The notes beneath the pieces were generated by a model. It was not told the origin of the DNA, did no database searches, and saw only the letters and a list, made by a program, of their open reading frames with translations. A stretch of 64,000 nt of DNA, taken from contig NC_092675.1 in NCBI RefSeq assembly GCF_964355755.1, positions 6,319,812 to 6,383,811 on the forward strand. The letters run 5' to 3'. This document shows positions 29,401 through 38,518 of this stretch, piece by piece; within the stretch, counting starts at the first letter, position 1, and the number at the start of each line of letters is the position of its first letter. This DNA comes from Antedon mediterranea (lineage: Eukaryota > Animalia > Echinodermata). The position numbers and the translations under genes are program-made.

Positions 29401-32400
29401 ATCCATATTTATAAATATTTAATGATTTATTAATATTATTTGTAGAAACTAATAAACAAAAACTACTAACCATCTATGCTATGTTTACCCTCCCCAAATC
29501 ACAGTCTTATCAAATCTTTGTTTTTGCAAACACAACATTAACACATTGTATAATTGTATATAATAATTTACATATACAATTGTATCATCTTTGGAACCTA
29601 GATGGTAGGCTAGGACTAAACCATTGTAAAAGAAAACGAGACTAGACACAGAGTAGAACAATTAACATTTATATATTAAATTTCTATGATAAACTCATAA
29701 TCAGCAGGACTTTACATAACATTAATTGAAGCAATTATAGATGACAAACACTATTTGATTTCTGTTTCTTGATCTTCTTCGCTCCTACACCCCTCTTGCT
29801 TGTCTTTGTTCAGCTGATCAAAACCTAGTGGTTGTTCCTAGAATAAACGCCAAATCTTAAGGACAAAGGTCTTTTATGTTCTCTGCTGCTTCTCTTTGGA
29901 ATTCTCTCCCTCGACATATTACTAAATCATTCCTAGAATAAACGCCAAATCTTAAGGACAAAGGTCCTTTATGTTCTCTGCTGCTTCTCTTTGGATTTCT
30001 CTCCCTCGACATATTACTAAATCATTCCTAGAATAAACGCCAAATCTTAAGGACAAAGGTCTTTTATGTTCTCTGCTGCTTCTCTTTGGAATTCTCTCCC
30101 TCGACATATTACTAAATCATTCCTAGAGTAAACGCCAAATCTTAAGGACAAGGTCTTTTATGTTCTCTGCTGCTTCTCTTTGGAATTCTCTCCCTCGACA
30201 TATTACTAAATCATTCCTAGAATAAACGCCAAATCTTAAGGACAAGGTCTTTTATGTTCTCTGCTGCTTCTCTTTGGAATTCTCTCCCTCGACATATTAC
30301 TAAATCATTCCTAGAATAAACGCCAAATCTTAAGGACAAAGGTCTTTTATGTTCTCTGCTGCTTCTCTTTGGAATTCTCTCCCTCGACATATTACTAAAT
30401 CATTCCTAGAGTAAACGCCAAATCTTAAGGACAAGGTCTTTTATGTTCTCTGCTGCTTCTCTTTGGAATTCTCTTCCTCCACATATTACTAAATCATTCC
30501 TAGAATATTCGCCAAATCTTAAGGAAAAAGGTCTTTTATGTTCTCTGCTGCTTCTCTTTGGAATTCTCTCCCTCGACATATTACTAAATCAACATCTATT
30601 GCTATTTTTTTTAAAGAACGTATCTTTAATACAAGCGCCTTTGATTTTTACTTTGGTTTAGTTGGTACTGGCGCTATACAAATACAGTACCTAAATTATT
30701 ATTATTATATTGGTATAAGACAAGTTTTTTTACTTCTATTTCTAATCCCTGAATCAGTTCCTGTTTATGGTTACCATTTAACTTATTGTAAATGTAAATA
30801 TATGTATGCTTGTTTGTTTTTTCCTTTTTTCTCGGACTGTTTCAAATAAATGTTAATGAATTCTGAAAAGCAGATCAGTCGACAACTTTGCATGGCAGTC
30901 GGAAAATTATAACATTTTTAGAAAACGTTCATTCGTGCCATTCACTAGTGCCTATAATCATTAAATATCAATTCTCCATGGAGTAGTAATACTGAGCGGG
31001 ATGTGATACTGTACATAACATAATTTAATCAATCAAATGGCAAGGATACACTCAGGTGTGTTGGGATACTGTGTAGTACAATTAGAAAGAATAAATAAGC
31101 GTAAATAAAACATTTAAATGTTAAAATAGACAGTATATCATATGACAATTTGTGTTTATAGTGGAAGTGTCCTCCATCACATATTGTTAATTGGTATAAT
31201 TAAACACATTTCAAATAAATCATACTTGATGCTTAAATGTTAAAAGTATTAAAGATACACACGTCATAGCGTAAGTCATTATTGATTACTTAGCGTAATC
31301 AAAACATTTGAGATGGCTTTAAGCATATTATGTACTTTACTGTTTTATGCAAAATACCATAGGGGAATTAGTGTAAGCAGTCTATGGAGAATTTAAACGA
31401 TGGCTTGTTCCCTGGTATTAATGTTCATACATTTTTATGGTAAAAATGATGAAATTTATGCCTAAAACAATAGCAGGCTGATTCTCGGTACTGTATCTAT
31501 AATTGCTACAGTATCAAAGGAAAATTGTGTAATACAGTGTAACATATGTATCACATGTGCCATTCCTAGCCTAAAATTAACACATAACAGCCGTCACATG
31601 TGATTCATACAGAATTTGCATATGATACTAAAGCAGTAATACCATATATGGAGTATAGAGAATCGGGTGATTATGGATTAAATTTATAACCAAAAAAAAC
31701 CAAAAACATCGGTAACTAACATCTGGTCATATTGCATAAATATATAAATGTTAGTCACAATGTTTGCTTTTCTAAAGAAGTAACAAGTTAGCAACTCATT
31801 TCCTTTCACTAAAACTGAGGCAATTCAATGGACGCAATAACTGTATTGTTTCTCTAAAGAGAAGCACAAATCTCAACAGATGTATGCAACAAGTATAAAG
31901 ATACATACAATACAAATACAGTACAATTTAGTGCTTAAAATTATAGTTAAAAAAACCTTATTTGCTCTATTTAATGTTAATGTTTTTGTTAAGTGAAAAG
32001 CCAGTTAGATCATGAATAAAATAAATGAATAACTGCATAAAGGAACTATTGCTATATACTTTTTACGTCTGCTAGTTCATCTCTAATTATTTTTTACAGA
32101 TATTACGAGTAATTCTAAAGATAGATATGTTCTGTATGTTGGCCTAATTGTGCCGCTCATAATTCTAACAGTGATTCTAACCCGCCTCGTTTATCACAAG
32201 CTCACTACTCTCTTTCAACCAGTTCCAGAGCCGAACATTCCTTCATTTCCAGTAAGTTAAACAAGTTTTTATGTTCAAATGTATTTAAGACCAGAAAATA
32301 ACATGCGGGGTTGTTTGGGCAAGTAAAAGAAACCTTGCGTCTGCCCCTGTATCCATGTTGACTAATCGTGTGTTGACTTTACCCTTTACATTATATTTTG

Positions 32401-32946
32401 TGAATCTGTTAATAAAACGTTTTTATTTTACAGGAGTATAAAAATTCCACTCTATACAAATCGGATCACAAAGACAAGGAATTTTACACCCTTCTCAATG
32501 AAAACAATGATAACTTACCAAGAAACATAGAGGTGAAAATTGAGAAGCCACCGGTGTACCAATACCGCTCGGTATCAGTGAGTGACAGTGGTGAACTTGA
32601 AGTTGTCGAATACCAGTTACTTCTTTGTGAAGATTACGTGAAATCTGTATCAGAGGAAGATCTATCTGGTTATAGCGGCAATAGCAAAGATTCAATATCA
32701 CCTTATACAAGGCTTGCCGGTGACGCATCATTTTACAGTGGTGGTTCAAAACCCATAGCACAGGATACATCTAAATACGTGAGGCCAAAGGTGGCTAGTA
32801 ATACTATAAGATCAGAGAAGATTGCAATGCAAGGTAAGCTCCTCGAGAAGAAGTTGCAACAGAGAAACTGCAAGTTCATTGTCTGTAGAGAAGATGGGTA
32901 CGCAGTGATCGTAGAAGATGTACGACAACGAGAAATCAATTCATAA
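8347..32946 (+). CDS. Class I (helical) cytokine receptor, gp130/Domeless-related, ~550 aa; join(8347-8437,13397-13496,18266-18426,20450-20607,21413-21575,24773-24855,28106-28226,28831-28941,32100-32251,32434-32946)
   Basis: Ten GT-AG bounded exons join into one open frame of 1653 nt. Signal peptide; C-x9-C-x-W plus second Cys pair; PNPP hinge; QSAWS at the WSxWS position; gp130-like FnIII (RVLLMWK/PIP...ILGY...AYNIVGQS...TIPA); TM; Box1-like FQPVPEP; Tyr-rich tail. Confidence 0.9.
8577..10914. repeat. 82-bp minisatellite, ~28.5 copies
   Basis: Unit starts at 8577, 8659, 8741 ... 10873; only a few variant sites; contains palindrome CACCCTAGGGTG. Confidence 0.98.
12172..12334. repeat. ~20-bp degenerate tandem repeat (CATCCATCTCAGAATTTC)
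   Basis: About eight imperfect copies. Confidence 0.9.
13397..13496 (+). CDS. Cytokine receptor exon 2 (VAQQPLKCEGVNYTSVRCSWSPVINNQYTVQWF)
   Basis: ttttag acceptor (TAGTAG tandem), C-x9-C-S-W signature, gtaaga donor, phase 1 to 2. Confidence 0.88.
13556..13703. mobile_element. ~150-bp palindromic MITE (CTGTCTACACTATCAAAC termini); further copies near 14593-14730, 16170-16278, 21608-21753, 28321-28484
   Basis: Five recognisable copies sharing inverted ends and the gtgatgtgcccaaatatggtagtgat core. Confidence 0.8.
13740..14105 (+). mobile_element. L2-like LINE 3' fragment
   Basis: GDNAFSVAAPWIWNALP...FKRQLKTFLF C-terminal motif; short-repeat tail. Confidence 0.85.
17534..18075. mobile_element. 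MITE (Harbinger-like, AGGTTTCGCAA termini)
   Basis: ~50-bp inverted ends; second copy at 35288-35771. Confidence 0.8.
18266..18426 (+). CDS. Cytokine receptor exon 3 (DSSVICEDSPLINSSYICDIHNLG...YYSAMEC)
   Basis: ttgcag acceptor, second Cys pair, gtgaga donor, phase 2 to 1, open frame. Confidence 0.85.
18646..19000. mobile_element. TTAA-targeting (Kolobok-like) MITE
   Basis: TTAA|AGATGTATTGT...ACAATACATCT|TTAA; same family at 1-140 (partial) and 59026-59328 (inverted). Confidence 0.85.
20120..20394. mobile_element. piggyBac-like MITE nested in an older MITE (~19918-20420)
   Basis: TTAA|CCCTTTGAAGAC...GTCTTCAAAGGG|TTAA; host has gtgtcccc/ggggacac subrepeats. Confidence 0.85.
20450..20607 (+). 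CDS. Cytokine receptor exon 4 (VPNPPSKV...FEVSWTVP...YQIQYQSEFDNKWRE)
   Basis: FnIII first half with PxPP hinge, conserved W and YxIxY; ctag acceptor, gtgagg donor, phase 1 to 0. Confidence 0.92.
21413..21575 (+). CDS. Cytokine receptor exon 5 (...YKVKIICRTSGVTGKQSAWSNIVSVRTTQL)
   Basis: FnIII second half with YxVxIxCR and WSxWS-like QSAWS (21530-21544); phase 0 to 1. Confidence 0.92.
21911..22870 (-). mobile_element. Old LINE 3' fragment (minus strand)
   Basis: (TTTCA)n(TTTA)n tail with adjacent hairpin gggactgct...agcagtccc; coding remnant heavily decayed; far boundary approximate. Confidence 0.45.
24301..24372 (-). mobile_element. Decayed tRNA-derived sequence (SINE head)
   Basis: Minus strand shows A-box ggtggtctagag and B-box-like gggttctagtctcac. 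Confidence 0.5.
24502..24710. mobile_element. MITE (GGCCGTATTCAC termini); related copy 38573-38715
   Basis: ctgtggctctattcacc...gtgaatacggccactg inverted ends. Confidence 0.65.
24773..24855 (+). CDS. Cytokine receptor exon 6 (APIGEIHNIDFQHLYDKKDSRRVLLMWK)
   Basis: ttacag acceptor, RxVxLxWK as in the first membrane-proximal FnIII of gp130-type receptors; phase 1 to 0. Confidence 0.88.
25159..25707 (+). mobile_element. Non-autonomous Helentron/Helitron2-like element
   Basis: ACCTCCGCC / GGCGGAGGT sub-TIRs, 3' hairpin cactctcggagtg, ends CTAGTT. Confidence 0.65.
26067..27285. mobile_element. TTAA-targeting (Kolobok-like) MITE containing a second copy of the same family (26664-27250)
   Basis: TTAA|AGACACCTTCCCTAC...GTAGGGAAGGTGTCT|TTAA outer; TTAA|AGACCCCTTCCCT...AGGGAATGGGGCT|TTAA inner; bodies near-identical. 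Confidence 0.9.
27290..27587 (+). mobile_element. LINE 3'-UTR remnant with (TTCAA)n tail
   Basis: ggatcccaatggaaataagc...ttttgggctatcc hairpin, AATAAA plus microsatellite tail; related to ~51325-51500. Confidence 0.55.
28106..28226 (+). CDS. Cytokine receptor exon 7 (PIPLTKACSPILGYYIMVC...QYYVK)
   Basis: ttttag acceptor, resembles gp130-type PLP..EANG.IL.Y motif; phase 0 to 1. Confidence 0.88.
28831..28941 (+). CDS. Cytokine receptor exon 8 (LDASLAYTIYLSAYNIVGQSQMVNITIPAGVPSTQQ)
   Basis: tttcag acceptor, FnIII L..Y.I.L.A.N..G.S motif, gtaaaa donor; phase 1 to 1. Confidence 0.9.
29760..30710 (+). mobile_element. L2-like LINE 3' fragment with internal 95-bp tandem expansion
   Basis: LVVPR...GQRSFMFSAASLWNSLP motif; ggcgctatacaaat and (TAT)n tail. 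Confidence 0.8.
29835..30590. repeat. 94-95-bp tandem repeat, 8 copies
   Basis: ttcctagaataaacgccaaatc recurs at 29835, 29930, 30025, 30120, 30214, 30308, 30403, 30497. Confidence 0.97.
32100..32251 (+). CDS. Cytokine receptor exon 9, transmembrane helix plus Box1
   Basis: YVLYVGLIVPLIILTVILT hydrophobic run then LFQPVPEP (32210-32233); gtaagt donor; phase 1 to 0. Confidence 0.9.
32434..32946 (+). CDS. Cytokine receptor exon 10, cytoplasmic tail to stop
   Basis: ttacag acceptor in frame with ORF 32533-32946; 12 tyrosines; AATAAA at 33484 and 33521 downstream. Confidence 0.88.
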   Translation, partial: EYKNSTLYKSDHKDKEFYTLLNENNDNLPRNIEVKIEKPPVYQYRSVSVSDSGELEVVEYQLLLCEDYVKSVSEEDLSGYSGNSKDSISPYTRLAGDASFYSGGSKPIAQDTSKYVRPKVASNTIRSEKIAMQGKLLEKKLQQRNCKFIVCREDGYAVIVEDVRQREINS

Positions 32947-33288
32947 GCAGATTATGGTTTTATTGCGGTCAGCAGGATTGTTTAGAAGAGAAGATGGGTA
33001 TTTGGTGATCGTAGAAGATGTACGACAACATGAAATCAATTCATAAGCAGCTTATGGTTTTATTGCGGTCAGCAGGATTGTTTAGAAGTGAAGATGGGTA
33101 TGTGGTGATCATAGAAGATGTACGACAACGAGAAATCAATTCATAAGCAGCTTATGGTTTTATTGCGGTCAGCAGGATTGTTTAGAAGAGAAGATGGGTA
33201 TGTGGTGATCATAGAAGATGTACGACAACGAGAAATCAATTCATAAGCAGCTTATGGTTTTATTGCGGTCAGCAGGATTGTTTAGAAG
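32887..33288. repeat. 100-bp tandem repeat, 4 copies, spanning the receptor stop codon
   Basis: aagatgggta at 32891, 32991, 33091, 33191. Confidence 0.97.
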
Positions 33289-35260
33289 TGGTAAATTTTT
33301 TGTACTTAAATATTTAAAGTACATGTTAAATGTTATAATTTTAACAGTAGTAGTAGTATATGATACTATTGTTCTTGTTCTATTTAGTTATGTACTGTAA
33401 ATCTCAATACTTTGATTAATTTGGAATTAAATATGTATATTTGGAATTGTAAAGGGATAAATAATATTTTGAAAACAGTAGTAAATAAATTATTTGAATT
33501 TTATTTTTTTTTCTATAAAGAATAAACATATATTTAAAATATTGAATTGTTAAATGTGACTTGTTATTGGGAGGTTTGTATACCGTACCTAACTGTCTGG
33601 TAATTCATGAATATAATGAACATAGTATTTACTATATTTAAGTAAAATAGAACACATATTTGTTCGGTTTATAGTAACTGCTTGATGGTGTTTGGTTAAT
33701 GAAGGTTTAAATTGTTTATTTTCACTGCAAGCTGAAATAACTTTGTTGATTTTTCAATAATTATGTTTGTTAAACTACTGCTGATATTGAAATGCTGCTG
33801 CTCTCTTTGGGTTTTTGTTTAGTTTTCTTTTTGATGATAGACAATAGGGACTTTATGAAATACAATGGTAGGGGAGGACGACGAATATCCTGTGTTCGAT
33901 AGAGCGTAAAATCATATACAGTAAATATAGCCGTTTATTAGTTACCACCCGACGACCGGCAGTATCTCTGTCTCTCCCTCCCCTGTTTTGTGGCGCGGGG
34001 CCCTTCTGAATAGCTTGGCTCTGGTGATACAGCATAGGCCTAGCCTTTAGGAAAAACATCAGGGTTAAAATGTTATCAACTGAAACAACAAAATGTTGTT
34101 TGAATAAATTACTCCATTTTATCTACTCTATTATTAACCTGAATAATTTATTCAGGAACTCACAATTGAAATACATTTTCACAAAATGATCAATAACATT
34201 TATTTTAGGGACTACAAAATATGAGCTTCTTAAAGTGACTGATTTTGTATATGTTTACAAACTTGTTTAATGATGTTAGTAATTGACTGTTGGTTTAGTA
34301 CTAAGGTGGAGGGGAAGATTTTTTATCTGCCTTTATATAGAATGAGAGAAATAAATAAATAGGGGGTGGGGGGTGGGGGGATTGTCTGCCTTACTGTAGA
34401 GTAATAGGGGAACGTTCAAATATATTTTTAAAATTAGTATGTTGAATAAACACAAAAAGTGCCTCAAGTTTTTTTATGTAGCCAAATAATTAAAGCTATA
34501 ATGGGTATGCAATTTTATTCTCTGAATTGTGTTTAGGTTATTTTACCATAGTTTATATATATGCATTGGTGTAATAATTTTGCTGTAAATGTATTAAATA
34601 TGTGGTACTGATGATACATATTTATATGTTCTGAGAGTTCCAAATAAGGGCATTAATAATTAAGCTTATATATGTGAATGTTCTACCAGAAAAGGTCTTT
34701 TAATAAGGCCAAATATTTTAAGAATTGTATTCCAATTTTGAAGAAATTTACCCCACCCCCGTGGGGCAATCTGACGAATTGTGTGACTTATGTTCTTTTC
34801 AAGGTTTTACTATAGACAAAATATTTTGATTTTATTTGATCTTAAAAGACGCTTGTCATTAGATTTATATATGGTGAAAATATTGGTAATTTAACAAAAA
34901 AAAGGGCATTATAAGTGTAGTAGTTTAAGATATAATTAAGGATGTGTGTGCAAATGTATGCTGCTATATTAATTCTGTAATGGGCATTTTGTTTTTAAAT
35001 TTTGTTTAAGGTATAAAAGCATATGTATATCACTGGGTGGTTTCTAGTTGATATGCCTTTCAAATTTATATATATATATATATTTTTAAGAGTATTAAAT
35101 GAAATATTTTCACATTTTTGTTCACAACAAACATTGGTAAAATTAAAACAAACGTAACATTTTATATATATGTATTTAGTTTACCCTTACCAGTAATATA
35201 ACTACTGACGGAATCTAGCTGTTAGCTATTACAGTAGACAACACTGCCTTGACTAAGTTT

Positions 35261-35773
35261 TAATATTGGTTTATTTCCTTGAACATTAGGGAGGTTTCGC
35301 AATCTTATGAATACGATAATGAAAACGGATACGTCAAACATTCGTGTTGATGAATATTACCATACCATACTATAAAATGAGTATAGGTTTTAATATTGGT
35401 TTATTTCCTTGAACATTAGGGAGGTTTCGCAATCTTATGAATACGATAATGAAAACGGATACGTCAAACATTCGTGTTGATGAATATTACCATACCATAC
35501 TATAAAATGAGTATAGGTTTTGATCTATTTTGCACATTTAATAGTAATTTACTAAATTGCCAGATCAATTTTGATAAATAGCAGTTTTTAAGTCCTCACT
35601 CGCTTTGATGTTATGCTAGGCCTTGGCAGCCAAGCAACACGTAGGCCTACCGGTCATGCTTTGGACGGCGGCCTTAATATTTCGTTGCCATGCGAAACAG
35701 ATTTGTACTGGCTTACGAAAAGGAATACGTGTGCGTGACGTTTTCGTATTCATGGCGTTGCGAAACCTCTCTA
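35261..35773. mobile_element. Inverted copy of the 17534 MITE with a 130-bp tandem duplication of its left junction
   Basis: 35261-35390 is repeated at 35391-35520; ends tgcgaaacctctctaat. Confidence 0.8.
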
Positions 35774-36102
35774 ATACCTATATAGTCTTACTGGAAATTG
35801 TAATATTACCTATATAGTGTTACTATAGCTCTAGTTGTAACTATTTTAACATTATCTTGGTAGCTGTCTTATTTCTATATGAATTGTAAATGAATACAAT
35901 CAATCATGCCTTTTGCCATCAGTAATTGTAACATAATGTTTTTTTGATATATCATGATCAGGGAAAGCTAACTGTTTTCAGCATTCAATATTCATTTGAC
36001 ATATCTCATCATAGAATCTAAAATTAGAGATGAAACGTTTATGATACTTGGTACTGTACCTAATTTCTTTCAGTATCATGGGTAAATATCTGTGATATAG
36101 CA

Positions 36103-36329
36103 TATCACATGTGAAACCTGTATCATAGCATTTGACCTAACCTTCCATGATACAGGCATCACATGTAGAACCTGTATCTTGCCCTTTAACCTAACCTTCC
36201 ATGATACAGGCATCACATGTAAAACCTGTATCATAGCCCTTTAACCTAACGTTCCATGATACAGGCATCACATGTAGAACCTGTATCTTGCCCTTTAACC
36301 TAACCTTCCATGATACAGGCATCACATGT
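36103..36329. repeat. 54/55-bp tandem repeat, ~4 copies, internally palindromic
   Basis: catgatacaggcatcacatgt at 36146, 36200, 36255, 36309; gatacagg/cctgtatc inverted pair. Confidence 0.92.
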
Positions 36330-37890
36330 GGATGGGATTTGTGTGTCAAACATACATAATATACAAAACTTTAACATTCTCTAAATATAATTATAATCTG
36401 AATTTTGTTCCTTCCATTGGAATATGACATTTTATAGTATAAATAGTTGAAATTCTTTACAAAACTAGGCAAATGTGTAGATACTGTAGCTTGGTAATTA
36501 TGAACGAAAACATGTTTTATGAATGTTGTTAACATAGCTTGGGCATTGGTATTGTAAGATTGATGTGGCATTATTCATTTTTTCTGGGTTTGCTTCAAGC
36601 AATTCAACAACATAATTTGTCGTATATTAGCCATCAAACATGTAACATTTAAATGACTGTGATCTGTGCAAGCAACAACCTTTTTTTTGTGGTATGTAGG
36701 TATTGCACGGATGAGCCTATTTTTGGGCGATCACACAAAAAGGATTGTGGTTGGAAGGAGGTGTGGGGGTTGTGTTAGTTGTTTTATTGTTAAGCCACAA
36801 AATACATCTGCAGTTGTGTTCATATTTTGTAGGAGGTAAATAAATGTTACAAGATTTTCTATGATACACAATAAATTCTTAAATATATTTTAAATACGAA
36901 AGTAACATACCGAAGTGCCATATTCAAGTGCTAATTATTGCTATACTTTTTTTTAAAGTCTGGATTTCAGAATTCATGAGGTTGATTTCGGGAAAGTTGA
37001 CTTATTAATAATTATGTTTATAGTATCTACTGCAGATACCGGGCCAGTATACACTCTAAAGGGGTTTTTTTTATCATGAAATTTATTTTATTTTTTTTTT
37101 TATGTTAGCTATAAGGAATGACATAGGCTACCTCAATCGGCTGAGATTTACATTTTTTATCAAAAGAGTCCACTAAATAAAAAGTTACTCCATTGCCTTC
37201 AATGTTTTGCTATGAATTTACCAGTGTTTGCGTTCCAGTGTATCATACTAAAAAATGAATATTTGTAATATTGCGGGGTATATGTATTCACATTTAAACG
37301 TATGTTTTAATTCATGCATTGTGCACAAATAAAAATAATGAAAATATGATGATTTGTTAATTTATTATGTCATTAAGTGTACATTGGTTGAAGTTCAATA
37401 ACATTTATTCAAGTGTGTCATAGCACTCATTATGGGCTACACACGCTTCTCTTAATTGCGCTTAAATTAAAACTGTATTACGTTATCATCAATTATGAAT
37501 CATTCAAAATACGATTGATTGATAATCAAACCGGATTGCAAAAAAACTTCACTTCATTCAATCAGGCTATGTTTGACTGTAAAGGAATGGACACCACAAT
37601 AATATTTGTACATATCTTTTTATTTTCAAAAATGTAAATAAAAAATAATTAAAATATTATAATTTGACCAAAAAAAAGCTTTCACTTGTCTAGATTTGGC
37701 ATTATAAAGTTATTATATATATATTATTATTTAATTAATTATAATTAAAATAATCATAATTAAAATAATCATAATTAAATCATATAGAATAAAAGATATA
37801 ACTCAATGGCAATCAAACTGATGAATAGTAAAATCACCTAAGAACAATACCTTTCTAGTAAATAATTTTTAACATTAAGTGTAAACATTT

Positions 37891-38023
37891 TGGCCCATAT
37901 TCATGAAAGGGGACTATCTTTAGTCCTGGACTAACTAGTCTAAAACTAAGATAGTGCCTTTTCATGAATACCATTTTGAGATAGTCCAGGACTAAAGTTA
38001 GTCCCCTTTCATGAAAACGGGCC
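37891..38023. mobile_element. Short palindromic MITE in or near the 3' UTR of the YWTD gene
   Basis: ggcccatattcatgaaaggggacta...tagtcccctttcatgaaaacgggcc. Confidence 0.75.
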
Positions 38024-38258
38024 TTTGAGATTAGACATATTACAGATTCGACACTTCAGACTATATTGTATAACAAGATCTTTATTCATCAACGTAACAT
38101 AAAAACCATGATAATACCATGTCGATCCCGAAAGCTCCCAACAGAGGGTGCTACACCAGTCAAGACTGGTGTAGTATCAACTTAAACTAGGTCCGAAGAC
38201 TCAATCTTACAAAACGTCCATTCAAAATCCTTACAAGCACATTGCTGTGCACTGACTA

Positions 38259-38518
38259 TTATTCATCAGGGTTCATAAAAGTCGAGAGTACAGCGTGCTT
38301 AGGCGGATGTTCAAAGTCTACACTAGATTCAATGGGTTTACTGATTTCTGACAGACAATAATTTGAGTCTTGAAAGTATGGATTAAAGTGACTGCTGATT
38401 GGACGACCATGTGTTTCACCCAGAATATCATCAGTTCCTAAAGCATCAATTTTGCTTCTAGTCGATCTGCCAGAGTAATCAATCTTTTTCTCTATTTTTC
38501 TCCTACACATAAACAAAA
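38259..38518 (-). CDS. Probable cytoplasmic-tail exon of YWTD receptor (RRKIEKK...FNPYF...FMNPDE*)
   Basis: ORF 38259-38516 with basic stop-transfer cluster and NP-containing motifs; two candidate acceptors (exon start 38518 or 38502). Confidence 0.65.

Noticed and set aside
32495-32939. Minus-strand ORFs 32495-32770 and 32733-32939
   Set aside because: Antisense shadows of the receptor's last exon, no motifs.
34362-34380. G-quadruplex-like G runs (also 49676-49708)
   Set aside because: Simple homopolymer tracts common in this sequence, no supporting context.
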